From: Basidiobolus ranarum
Taxonomy: Eukaryota
NCBI GenBank assembly: GCA_040143965.1
Contig: JASJQH010000013.1
Location: 1-54,007, forward strand
DNA length: 54,007 nucleotides
Reading direction: 5' to 3'
Shown: positions 41,743 to 54,007 of the stretch, one piece after another
Layout: the number at the start of each line of letters is the position of its first letter
Numbering within the stretch: the stretch's first letter is position 1
Program-made: the position numbers and the translations under genes
Notes under the pieces: model-generated
What the model saw: the letters and a program-made list of their open reading frames with translations, nothing else
Told to the model about the DNA's origin: nothing
Databases searched by the model: none

Positions 41743-42895
41743 TTAGCAAGCACACCCATTGGTATTGTTGCCTTGAGTTAAATCAACTCCTTGTCTTTGA
41801 TTCAGGCTGTTCCGGTTACGAGATGTGGCAATCTGCTCCAAGGGTAGTTTTTTAGCTGTTAAAAGTAAATGTTAATAAAACATTCGGACATGCGTATGTT
41901 GGATAAGTACCTATGGCTGTGAATAATTCGCTCACGTTGTGAGTAGTTTTAGCGGAGGTCTCGAAGAAAAGAAGCCCTGCCTCCTGAGCATAGGCCTGGG
42001 CATCCTGATGATAGGACATAGATTATCAGAAAAGAGTACTATGATCACATAGCAGTATGAAAGGTCGCTTTACTTGAGTAGAAATAGCACGGCGGGATAC
42101 AAGATCACTTTTGTTACCTGCAAGTGCTATAATGATGTTTGGATCTGCTTGTCTTTGCAATTCTTTAATCCAAGATTTAGCTTTATCCAGAGAGGCCTTT
42201 GAATGTAGTGTTAGTTGAGCAATCCAATTCAAAAAAGCTATTACACAGAATGCGTACAGTTTGTGTAATGTCATATACAACAATGGCACAATTGGCGTTG
42301 CGATAGTACATAGGTGCTAAGCTCTATAAAATGAGTCAGCATTACAATAGCATTGAAATTGCGCCAATATTCAGTGATCAACCTTGTATCGCTCCTGGCC
42401 GGCGGTGTCCCTGGATCGAGGTAAATAGAGTAAGTATACAGTAATCAAGGTGCTGCAGTATTCAAAATTACCAAATCTCAAATTTCACTGTAGTATTGTC
42501 ATCAAGAGAAATCGTTTGAGTTAAGAAAGCCGCTATATCATATTTCCATATTAGCGTTTGAATAAAAGCCTATCTATATTGGTAAATCGTATTTACCTCC
42601 AATGGTACTCTCTCTGTAATCGTCAAATTGATCTTTCACAAAACGAAGCACCAAACTGGTAAAATGAAAAGAGGTTGCTACAACATATCGAAGGAAGGAT
42701 TTGATAAACTAATTGTGTACCTAGACTTTCCAACTGCTGACTCTCCTATACAATTACAAGGCATAAGTTTCAAAGGAGAAATAGGAATAAGTATATTCCA
42801 TTAGAATGGTTCAACCCACCTAGAAGTACCAATTTGAATTGATATACTTTGTTTGAGCCTTGACTGGCGCTTGTTCTAGGAGGTTGTGTGGACAT
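41743..42895 (-). CDS. RAB5: Rab5-family GTPase (Vps21/Ypt52-like)
   Basis: [57 protein letters not shown], C-terminal prenylation motif CAC*; many short exons. Confidence 0.95.
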
Positions 42896-43927
42896 TGTTT
42901 TTCGAAAGTAAAGATTTTGTATTGTGTCCTATTGTTGAAAAGTCAGAATTGGTTATGTGAACCAAAAGAGGGAGGTATTGCTTTGTGTCAGGTGCTTTAA
43001 CAAAGTGAATACATGTATCTATTACCTTAAAGTGGTTCGGACTTATCGAAATGAAGGTTTACAGTAAGACAAAGTGTTTAGTAATGAAAAGGAAAATGGA
43101 AATCAACTAAATTAAAAGAAAGAGATATAAACGAGGATGAGCGGCAGGTTAAATATGCGCAATGTCAAATGGTCTGTTAATGACGCCTGAAATCAAATAC
43201 AGATAATTTAAAGGGTAAAAAGAGTCGAAGTTAAAGCTTAAGAATTGGAGTATCTAAGAACAAAATAGAGGCGTTCATATGCTGACATTTCCACTCATTT
43301 CATTACTAACAAGAAAACAATAGTTAGGCTACTCCATTATGTAATTACTATTGTACTTCTAACATCACCAGGCAAGTTGATTGATTGAGAGGGGAAAGGG
43401 TCCCTCACATGAGCTAAACCATGACAATACAATGCTCACAATGAGTTCAACTTAATAAACTTCCATGCTTTTGCAGTGCATAACTAACAAGCACCCTTTC
43501 CCATAGCAATCCTATGGGAACGATGCATCAGCCTCACGTTGCGTTATAAGCTTATATGCTAATGTAGGAGCTGGTTGGAAGACGCATATCAAGTTATAAT
43601 AACTAACTTTAGGTATGAACAAGAATCGAAAGATGATGGTTAATGGATAGTGGTTGACAGTCACTTGAAGGCTAGCTAAATCTCACCATCGAAGAGACAG
43701 TTTGAAAATACATATGTGATTTGCTTGACAATACTTAGTCTAAACATTATACATATATTGTGATGAATTTAAACACTGAGCGGATTACTAAATATAATCA
43801 TTTTGAATCATTGGTGAGTTAAAGTAGTCATCATGAAACGGAATTAAAATCGTGGCTCTTCGAAACTATTTGGGTTTTTGTTTTACCACATAGTACTTGT
43901 AAAGTTGATAGAAGCAGTAAATAGAAA

Positions 43928-45786
43928 ATGGCAACATATGGAGGAGGTAACAGTTTCTATGAATTCCTCACATAATACCGCGCTAAAGCTACTAATACGC
44001 GAACTAAACATTTGATTTGTATTAAAATCGTCCCTTTTCTTAATCGTAGACGAAGTTTCCGCTTTGGTTATTGACGTAGGAACGTGTTGGACGAAGGCTG
44101 GTTATGCTGGTGAAGATGCACCCAAAAGCGTATTTCCCTCCTGGGTTGGTGTAACAAAATCTGAAGAAAGCAATAGTAATGAGGAGATCCGCGATGAAAA
44201 TATGACTGACGCTGGTACTGGCCAATCCTTAGATCAACAATCATCTTCAAAGAAAGGGCTTAAATATCATGTTGGTGATAGTGAGGCCTCTTGCTGGAGG
44301 GAAAACATGGACATGAAAAATCCTCTAAAAGATGGACTCGGTTAGTTTATATCTTTAACTTTGATCTTCAGAATATTCTTTAACTTATTTCAATATTAAG
44401 TTGATGACTGGGATGCCCTCGAAGAGATATGGAACTATGCTTTTCTAGATCGTTTACGTGTTAATCCCGAGGAACATCCGATTCTAGTTACTGAGGCGTC
44501 CTGGAATACCAGGGAGATCCGGGAGAAAATTGCAGAGTTGGCCTTTGAAAAATTCAACTTTCCTGCTTTTTTCATTTGTAAAAATGCCGTATTATCTGCG
44601 TAAGCTTCAAATCCCAATAGTACTCTTTTCATGATATTAAAGGTTGGCTTGTAGATTTGCTTCGGGAAAGCCTACCGCCCTAGTTCTTGACTCAGGAGGT
44701 GGTATGACTAGTGCAGTTCCTGTTTATGATGGCTATGTTCTGAAGAAAGGTACGGACATTTTAGCACACACGCATGCAGAAACTCGTATTTAAGATAGGA
44801 AATTACAGGAATCTTGAAGCAACGTCTCGGTGGAGAATTCATATCTGATCAAATCTTAAACGATTTCAAGAACAGAGGAGTCGAAATAAATCCCCACTAT
44901 CTCATAAACAAAAAATCACCAGTTGAAGCCGGTGAGGCTGCACAGGTCGAATTCAAAAACAGGCCCAACACCAATCCTAATTATCATTATCAAATGCAGA
45001 TGGTAGAGTCACAACACATCTTTCCCTACAATACAACCCTTCTAACCTGCTAGCATGACAGAGAGCAATCCACGAATACAAGGAGTCAGTGTGTCAAGCA
45101 TTTGAAAATACCTATGATCCAAAGTTAGTGTTATGTTGGATATTTAGCCTTTACGCAACTAATCCAACTGGAATTCAGTACTGTAGGCACCCGCCCTCTC
45201 AAGTCTTTTGAATTCCCCGATGGCTACAATAATCAGTTTGGTGTTGAGAGATTTGCTCTACCGGAGATTATGTTCCAGCCACCAAGATTTGTAGTGAAGG
45301 TTCGTGTTTAAGAGTTGCTTCGGTAATGCATCGAAATGATCTTTGATTAATTTGTATTTCGTGGGACTTGTAGCAACCAATTTACGACATCAATGAGTAC
45401 CAAGGAGTATCTCAGTTAATATACAACAGTATCTCTAGCTGCGATGTTGACATTAGACCCCACCTCTTCAACAACATCGTTTTAACTGGAGGCAACACGT
45501 TGTATCCCGGCTTCACCGATCGTGTGAACTTTGAGATGTACAATCTAGCTCCCGCTGTAGGTTTCTTCTATTTCCTCTACGCTTCGTGTACAAGTACTAA
45601 TGTTATGTTTGTGTTTGATAGAACAAAATCAAAATCCACGCGGCCGGTAACTCCGTAGAAAGGAAATACAATAACTGGGTCGGTGGTTCTATTCTCGCAT
45701 CCTTGGGCACATTCCATCAATTGTGGGTCTCCAAAAAGGAATATGAAGAGAGTGGTGGCTCCATCTTGGAGAAGAAATGCCAGTAA
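43928..45786 (+). CDS. ARP4: Actin-related protein 4 (BAF53/ACTL6)
   Basis: [68 protein letters not shown]...KKCQ*. Confidence 0.95.
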
Positions 45787-46154
45787 ACTTTCATTTGACC
45801 AATTATACACTCGTTGGCAAGGGGTTTATTTTTGGCTAGATTCGTTCATTTAATATGCTTATATAATAAAGTCACATTACTACATGAGGTGTCCATATAA
45901 AATTACCAGTAGGGGTCAAGAGGTGTCATTTTTCCACAAATTCTCCACCTTACGAAAGTTTATGTCCACGTGAGGTGATTTATCAGATATCGAAGATCAA
46001 TTTTGTTCATATCCTCTCACTTCAAAGAACTGTCACAACACCTTTAAGGTTTCTTGATTAGTTCTCTGCAATATTCAAATTTTACTTGAGGCCTTTTATC
46101 GTCCTTTCAGCTGACAAAGTTAACGTGGAATTCGTTTCTCACTCTTAGCAGTTT

Positions 46155-49100
46155 ATGTCCCGACTACGTAGAGTAGATGATGTACAGCATGACTTGCCGA
46201 TGGAGGATGTAGAAGAGTCAAGAATATCCTCAAGTCCAAATTTAAGGAGAAATGATTCTAGGTTTACTTCTATACATACACCGGAGAGCACTCAGCGTAC
46301 ACCGTCTCCTTCTACCAACAGTGGCTATTCTTTACCTAGACTTCCTCAGTTGGATGCAAGCTTTGATACAAATATGTTTCAAGCTTCACATTCTTACCAA
46401 CCAATCAGTACACTTCGCCTCAACTCTACGAATGCAAATCACGAAGCCGTCTCACCTTATTCAGATATGACGCGTCTTCCTATAACCACTCCCCCTAACG
46501 AGCTCAGTGGAAATCGTCGTTCTATGGAAATTGATTCTTCCTTCCCAAAGTAAGTGGTTATCGGTATTTTATCTATTTTACTTGAGTTTTAAACAAGGCT
46601 ATTCGTGTACCTTTGAAAACAAAACGGTTTCTTTCATTACTTTAATAACTTAATTTTTAATAATTATGCTAAAGCACCTCCGGTAATCGTAGCTTAATGC
46701 CCTCACATGCCCAGCCTGAAGCTAGATACTATTATGGATCTAGTTCGCACTCACCTCAACAGTATTCTTCTATTACTCCCAATCGATCAGATCAAGTGAA
46801 TCTCGGGCAACACAGCGAAGGCAACAGTGCAGGATATCAAGCGCAGACCTATCAACGCTATTACTCTAACACCTCCAATATTTCTAGTCCGAGAACTTCA
46901 GAATCTTCCAGTCAACCAATTAGTCGACCAACATGGAATAGTAATGGTAGTAATTCTCAAAACTTTGACGAGCGATCCCAACCACCACCGCAGTGGAGTG
47001 GGTCTGACAATTGCCCTCCAGATCAGAACTCTATAATAGATGCAAGGCCTGGAATGAGGACACTTCCCAATAGCCAAGCGATCCCCGTTCCTGCTGGTTC
47101 AGCAAGCCTCAATCGTAATCATACCTCTGGTCATCCAGGAAACGGCAACCTTGCAGAAATGGTTAGACAACAAGCTAGCAGATCACAGAGGACAGCTCCT
47201 ACATTGCCTGGAACAAGCCGCGGGCCAGGGAGCAACAGTAACAAAATGGATTTTGAAACGCTAGTCAAAAGGTAAGTAAGCTTCGATTTGATATATGAAT
47301 CAATGTTCCTTACATTTTTTAAAATCTTATTTAGATACTTTTGGCAAATCATGTATGGATGCTCACAAGAAAGATGTACCAATCGCTATTGTGCCTCCAA
47401 TCCAGGTAGTCATTATGAATGAGCTAGTTGGTTTATCCTAGTTGGATGTCATTTAAAATCTTGTCTTTTGATAGCATTTGCACAAAGAGATCCGAATGAA
47501 GCTGCTGCTCTATCCTTGTCTTTAGCAGAAGAGGGCGATATTTACTTATGCCCTGATATTTCTGAGCTTGGAGGTGACCTTTCAATGCATGATATGAAAA
47601 GCAAAGATCAAAGGAGCCTTGGCGATTCGAGAAAAAGAGTTAGAGACACATTTGATGAATTTAATAATACAGAAACAAACATGAAACTCGACAGCGATGC
47701 CTTGTCATCCATGATTTCAGAATGCCATTCTACCAAGAACTACAGGCCTCTTTATCAAACCTTGTATTGTGTATTCGGGAATTTGGATAATCTTAGTAGA
47801 AGTTTTCAACAAGCAAATCCTGAGCTACAGAAGACTTATCCTGTTGATTTGTTTGCAGTTAAACAAGCGTATGAGATGGTCATTCAACAATGCCCCAAAA
47901 GAGCTCGGAATGCGATTCTTTCTGGCACCACGGTACTATTCGAGAAAATCCTCGCCAAAGTTGAAGTTATTAAAGAACAGCATTTGGTTATATTTCTTAT
48001 GGTGCTGATGGTAAACTTTAGTTCCTTTGGTTCTCTATATACTAAAGAGTCGATGTCTAACAACCGAATTTCCTCCCTGATAAGAATCCTTTATTAATGG
48101 ACCCAGTTGAGCACCATGATATAATGCCCAAACTTTGTGATGCGCTTTTATCTCAATCCTTACCCCTTCAAAAGCGTCTTTGCGACTACATATCTGCGCC
48201 ATTGACCACCGATCATTCCCACTTTTTTAGCCTTGACGCTGATCCAAAGGCTCCTCACCCTGTTACTTGCGAATTTTTCCAGCATTATGTCAGTGTTTTC
48301 CAACAGTTTATCACGATGCATCTCCTCCTTCGCCCTGATGAGAGCATCACACCGAACAAGAATGAAGCAGTAATGAAGGCCACCAAGTGCTTAGAAGTAC
48401 TATGTATCCTTTAGATAGATTGAGGTGCTTTTGGCTTATTCCTCGAAAATATTCTTAACTCTAGGATTGATTTAGACGTTCTCAACGAGGAAAAGCATTT
48501 TGTTTCCTTTACCGAGTTCTATAACGATGCAATTAACGAGCAGATTGAGATCAAGGAAGATTTCCCTCGTTACAAAACTAAGGATGGGTAAGTGTTGAAC
48601 ATGACGATCCTCAGTTACCGCATTTAACATAGGGTGGGTTTAGGTTTTCATTCTGTAATTATGCGTTCATCCTCAATCCGGCTACCAAAAGCGATATACT
48701 CAAGGTAGAAAGTATGGTTCAGATGAGGCATGAGCTGCAGGTTGGTTGTATAATTTAGATATGTTGTGACCTGCGGATGCCTTAACAGCTGTTGCTTAGG
48801 ATGCCTTTTTCAGAGCCTTGTTTATTGGAGTAAATAGCCCTTATCTGGTTTTAGAAATCAGAAGAAGCCATATCATTCGTGATGCTCTATTCCAGGTAAT
48901 TGCTTCTACTATCAAGGTCAGCATCAAATACTCACATATTGCAGCTCGAATCCAAAGACGCAAAAGATCTCAAGAAGCAGCTTCGTGTCCAATTTGTCGG
49001 CGAAGAAGGTGTCGATGAGGGTGGGGTTCAAAAAGAGTTCTTCCAGCTTGTTGTAAGCGAGATGTTTGATCAGAAATATGGTATAGAACTGCTCAAATGG

Positions 49101-50307
49101 GGTTTCTTAGTCAGCAACAACATTCATACTTTGCATATAGGAATGTTTTCATTTAATGAAGAGTCGAGAACGTGCTGGTTTATGTCCAACCCTTTGGTGG
49201 ATGAAGCGCAGCTAGAAGAATATCGACTTATTGGTCGGTTGATTGGACTAGCCATATATAATTCAGTTATACTGGATGTACGCTTTCCATTCAGTCTCTA
49301 CAAGAAACTGATGGGCCAGAAAGTTGGCTTGGCTGACTTGAAAAACCTCGACCCGGTTAGTGAATTCTTGAATGTTTGACGCGTCGTGCTTCTGCTTATT
49401 CAATTACTGTAGACTCTCACCCATGGTTTGGAACAGCTATTAGAATTTGATGGGGATGTCGCCGCTGCTTTTGAGCGCACATTCCAAATAGAAAATGAAT
49501 ACTTAGACGGTCGTTTCACCTATGACTTGAAGCCTGGTGGCGAAGACATCAAATTAACTGAAGATAATAGGAAAGGTAAGGGGCTTCATTATATGTCCTT
49601 GAGACGCTATTCACTGATCCGTCCGCTTCCATTTTAATGTAGAATTTGTTGATCTCTACGTGGATTTCATTCTCAACAAATCCGTTGAAAGACAATTCAA
49701 TGCCTTCAAAGAGGGCTTCGACAATGTATGCGCTGGCAGTGCAATACAGGTGCGATGTGAGAGAAGATTTGCTTTTAAGACAAACCCTAACCATTCTTTT
49801 CACCCAGTTGTTTCGACCCGAAGAGGTGGAGCAGCTTATATGCGGTAGTTCAGATCTTGACTTTGAAGCTTTAGAGCGGGTAACTCAGTATGATGGAGGC
49901 TTTTCCAAAGATTCAGCAATCATCAAGTAAGTTAGGAAATCATAAATCTCCCCGTGTTTCGCTCTAACCATCGATGTACGCTAGAAATTTCTGGGAAATC
50001 GTTCACAAGTTTTCTGAAGAACAAAAGAAAAAGCTGCTCTTCTTTGCTACAGGAAGTGACCGAGTCCCTATTGGCGGTCTGAGTAAACTGCAATTTGTAA
50101 TCGCCAAAAATGGAGGAGATTCAGACCGGTACACTCATTTGTTTTGGATATGTGTTGTTGTTGAATCTTGACTGATTACTTTTTAGTTTACCTACATCGC
50201 ATACATGTTTCAATGTCCTTTTACTGTGCGAGTACAGTAGTAAGAAAAAGTTGGAGGAGGCTATGCTAACTGCCATTGAGAATTCCAAAGGATTTGGCAT
50301 GATCTAA
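46155..50307 (+). CDS. HECT E3 ubiquitin ligase, UBE3A/Hul4-like, with AZUL Zn domain and long disordered N-terminus
   Basis: Exon 1 joins in frame through intron 46550..46674. [24 protein letters not shown] (AZUL), [50 protein letters not shown] (catalytic Cys), KGFGMI*. Confidence 0.93.
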
Positions 50308-50716
50308 TCACGCGAATTAAGAATTGTTTTAATTTTTCGTCATCTTCTGAAGTGATCTTCAGAGCACATAAGTTTTTAACCGTTACAGTCACTTGTACTA
50401 TGTAAATTGGCATTATCACTTTATTTTGAAATTTCATCGGTTAGCGATTTGAGGAATTTCTTTCACCACCGTCGCTTCACCAGATTCTTTATTATGTAGG
50501 GGAGGTGCGGAGGCAGGTGCAGGTGCCGGTGCCGGTGGTATATCAGTGTTACTACTATATAATGTAAGATTTATGATAAACATTTTATATCCAAAAATCC
50601 CCGCGATATTCGTCACTGAATAGGATTAATATACATAGGTGGTGACTGAACTAGATTAACTTAATCTACAACTAGCTTCCAAGATAAGCGATTATTAGTG
50701 TAGCTAGTTTTCAACC

Positions 50717-51718
50717 TCAAGTGAACATGAAGTATTGTAAACCAGAAGCGGGTGGAGCAGTGATTTCACTATGAGATCCCTCTTCGATAAGTTCAAGATC
50801 TGAGCGACGTTTTAATGACTTGCTAGTTACAGTCTCACCGATCATATCACGTAACTTGTGAGCAATATAAATGACCATGAATGTTACCATGGTGATCACC
50901 AAGCTAACCAAAACGGTGGCCCATATGTGTTTATCCGAAGTTGGAAGCATGTTATTAGGGTATACGTCAAGAAGTGTGGGTCTATTCTTCCCTATGCTGT
51001 TGAAAAGGATGAGAAATGAATATTTAAGAGAGAAACCTTAGAGAACCTACATAAGAAAGACCACCCAGGTAAGAAGAAAGTTCAACGGGATGATTACTAG
51101 TACAGCCAGAAGGTGGATGATCTGAAGTCTCCATCTTGACAGAATCATTTCCAAGCAAATGAAGAAGAAGTTCACACCATTAAGTGAAAGTTGGATCCAC
51201 ATGTCCATGCTATCGTTGAACACCACCCCATTATTTATCCACATAGCCCAGCACATCGGTGGTAGCAGAGACTGATAAACCGCAACTGTGGCGTAAAGAA
51301 TCCAGATGATATGCCGAATAGCGGGGTTTCTGGACACGTAAGATTGGAAGAGATAGTAATCCTCAGCCAAGTTGTAGATAATCGAGTAGTACACGCTGAG
51401 CTGTATGAGACAGGAGAAGATTAGATGGTGGTATTCTCAACTCTCATTTCTTACTACATAATGGCTTACTGAGAAATAGAGTATCGATCCAATGTACGAA
51501 AGGGTAGGGAATTGACAAAGAAAACTAATCAGATTCGATCGATGAATCACTAGATTTAAAGCGAAGACCAACAATGAGTAAACTAAACCTATCCCACGGA
51601 TAAGAATCAAAGCTTTAGGGGACACAAAGTGAGATGTTACTAGAAATTCCAACTCAAAGTTGGTTCGAGCGTTGTAAGGATTCTCCCCCAAGTAAAGCTT
51701 TGACATTTTCGAGAACAT
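50717..51718 (-). CDS. Multi-pass membrane protein (fungal FAR-17a/AIG1/rolling-stone-like), 3 exons
   Basis: VTSHFVSPKALILIR, FPTLSYIG, WILYATV, LEMILSR..L..IHL, VYPNNM; about six hydrophobic segments; GT-AG introns link the three ORFs. Confidence 0.65.
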
Positions 51719-53364
51719 GTCTGCTATGTATCTTTAGTCAATAGATTATTCAAAGAGTTTGCTATATATACTATCTATTTGACTGAATACAGAGATGTCC
51801 TGAACATTAAGCAGGGAAAATGCACTTTTTTTGCCTGGATGAGCCCTGCATTCAAATCAACTACTTTGAGAAATATTCTAGCCGTAATTGGGAATAGACT
51901 TGATCCGTGACAGCGTTGAAAGTGCACGTAAAGATAACGAGGAAAATTAATTATATCATATAAGGAGGTGTGCTAGTTGTAGCGATACTGTTGTAGCGTT
52001 GCTTGGTAACTTGACACAAACATACTTTCAACTAATAATCCTCAATGAACATGATTTCAATGATCTTCTCTGCAAACCACCTCTCAATCGCTTTGTATCA
52101 TTCACAGTGAATATCCAACCTTTTAATGCCAATGCCCCTACACCTCACCTACAAGCTCTTGAAATAGTCGACATACAAATCAGATTATTTGGCTGGTGCA
52201 TCCCTGCTAGTCATAATCCCCATATCTCTTTGGCCTATACAGTATGCATGTCTTATCAAATTCACAGTTAAGCTTACTCCCAAGGGATATCTTAGAAGTG
52301 ATGTGGCTAGTACTATACAGATATGTGTTTGCATCAGGCCGATTGAGTCAATCACTGATTATTCATAGACAGCTGTGTGTAAACTAATGCGCATATAAAG
52401 TACCGAATGTGCTTCTTTTCATGCAAACACAGTTTATACGCTTCTTTAACGACATCATGCAAACACAGTGTATACGCTGCTTCTTTTTAATCGATAAATC
52501 TTGCAGTATGTTATCATGTCATTGTGTTTTCAGAGCTGGTGGATGTTATGTAGCTAGTCTGCAATAGTCACTGTCCATGTTCGAAACATTGCATAGGTTT
52601 CCACCAATTTAATTACCCAGACCAGCATCCAATATTGTCTATTCTCAACACTTCTGGCATGTATCCGCAATCCACAATCTACAATTAATATTAGCTTCAT
52701 TTGCGAAATATTTATTACTAGATATGCTGGCCATGGTAGATGAATATCTTGATACTGGTCTCATTATTGGATCTATCGTCAATATTATCTTTGCTTTTAT
52801 ACAAGCAATAGTACTCTCATTAAATATAGATATTCCTAGTTGTTTCTCTAATATATTGATATTTTCTGTCATTCTGATTGCTCTTTCATGCGATGTATCA
52901 ATTTTGTCTATTGACTCATACTATATTTAGTGGTACTGATTGATGATTGCAGGAAACTTCCATTGTTTTCTTATTATATATCTGAAGGTGCAACTGAGCC
53001 ATCCAGGAGTCAATTTGGGCAACTCTGAAATTTCAACTTCAATATTTCTAACTATACTAAATATTTGTTCAGACCTACAGTGGAGTGATATTTGACTAAA
53101 TAATGTCAACCTACTTTGATGTGATATAGAAAATAGATATAGACATAAAGAAAGGGATAAGGGTTAGTTTAACACACATGATAAAGGTAAATCACTGACT
53201 ATAGTTGTCTACCACTTGTAGAGCACCACGCATGGTAGTTGAGCTAACTATCTTTCTACCCCAATGTGGCAAATCACTATTGTGATTAACTACAAAGCAA
53301 ATGTTGTGCACCAGCAAAAAGTGATATTTTTTTTCATTCTATCACTTTTCTCTAGCAGTGTTGC

Positions 53365-53660
53365 TTGCAGCTTAATACTCCTGAGGAGTGGTCAATAGCA
53401 AATGTTCTGCCTCTTTACAAAGGCAAAGGCAAACATAGTGATCCCAAGTCCTACAGGCCTATTTCTTTGCTACCTACTTGCAGGAAGGTGTTTGAGCTTC
53501 TCTTGGTGAAATCCATTCATGAAAGGCTTCCATGCTTTCACACTAGTCAATTTGGCTTCCTTCCTAAGCTCTCCTTGGATATGGCTGTGGTACTCAGTCA
53601 TGATAATGCTTTGCAATATCCACAAGCTGCCATTCTTTTTGATATCACCAAAGCCTTTGC
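53365..53660 (+). mobile_element. Truncated non-LTR (LINE) reverse transcriptase fragment
   Basis: PEEWSIANVLPLYKGKG..DPKSYRPISLL..CRKVFE, QFGFLP, ILFDITKAF. Similarity stops abruptly after KAF; no CpG. Confidence 0.88.
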
Positions 53661-54007
53661 CCTAAGACAAATAAAATCAATTTGATCCGGATCAGATCCA
53701 CCCTCCAAAATAGCAAAACTGGCAGAGAACTGTCACAATATTGGTAGCTTGCATTCTGCCAGGGATTTTGATGGTGTGATGGTGGTTTCTTGACAGTATT
53801 TTGATGGTATTCATACATGTTGAAATATTGATCCTCAAATTTGGCATGTGTTATTCAATATCCAGCAATTTTGCAAAAATCTAATTTTTGAATAGCAAAT
53901 TCCTGGGTTTACTGCTGTAGGAATTCAAATTAATATGCATGCCTTTATTTAGATATTTTAGGCTTTGTATTCCAGCCATAATGAGAATCAAAAAATACAA
54001 GAATCTT

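Noticed and set aside
43498-43520. Hairpin TTCCCATAG-CAATC-CTATGGGAA between RAB5 and ARP4
   Set aside because: A single 9-bp stem is not unexpected in 54 kb; no other support.
52560-53110. AT-rich short ORFs including a CQKC motif (possible LINE C-terminal Zn finger)
   Set aside because: Multiple stops and too little similarity to call; may be decayed TE sequence.

Overview
Eukaryotic, intron-rich genomic DNA with short GT-AG introns (mostly ~55-125 nt). The gene content (cobalamin adenosyltransferase, trihelix-type Myb/SANT factor, AZUL-HECT ligase, bacterial-type NRPS) points to an early-diverging fungus (Zoopagomycota/Mucoromycota; Basidiobolus-like is an inference only). The left ~9 kb is accessory. 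It holds the 5' end of a bacterial-type NRPS missed by the ORF track (intron-containing N-terminal extension, starter-type C domain with a degenerate HRILMDE motif, start of an A domain), three small secreted proteins, a Zn-alcohol dehydrogenase with GLE instead of GHE, and an AIF/AMID-like oxidoreductase. Next come a Nup60-like nucleoporin, a GH13_5 alpha-amylase, a voltage-sensor-like 4-TM protein, a pentapeptide-motif M49 peptidase, the trihelix factor, MMAB, USO1, CBP4, a small hypothetical and two tandem CCHC micro-proteins. After a ~4 kb repeat-containing, partly CpG-free gap come GSK-3, OST3/6, a TBC Rab-GAP, Rab5, ARP4, a UBE3A-like HECT ligase and a membrane protein. Degenerate LINE/TE remnants sit at the right end. 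All exon models were assembled by eye and no database searches were run.
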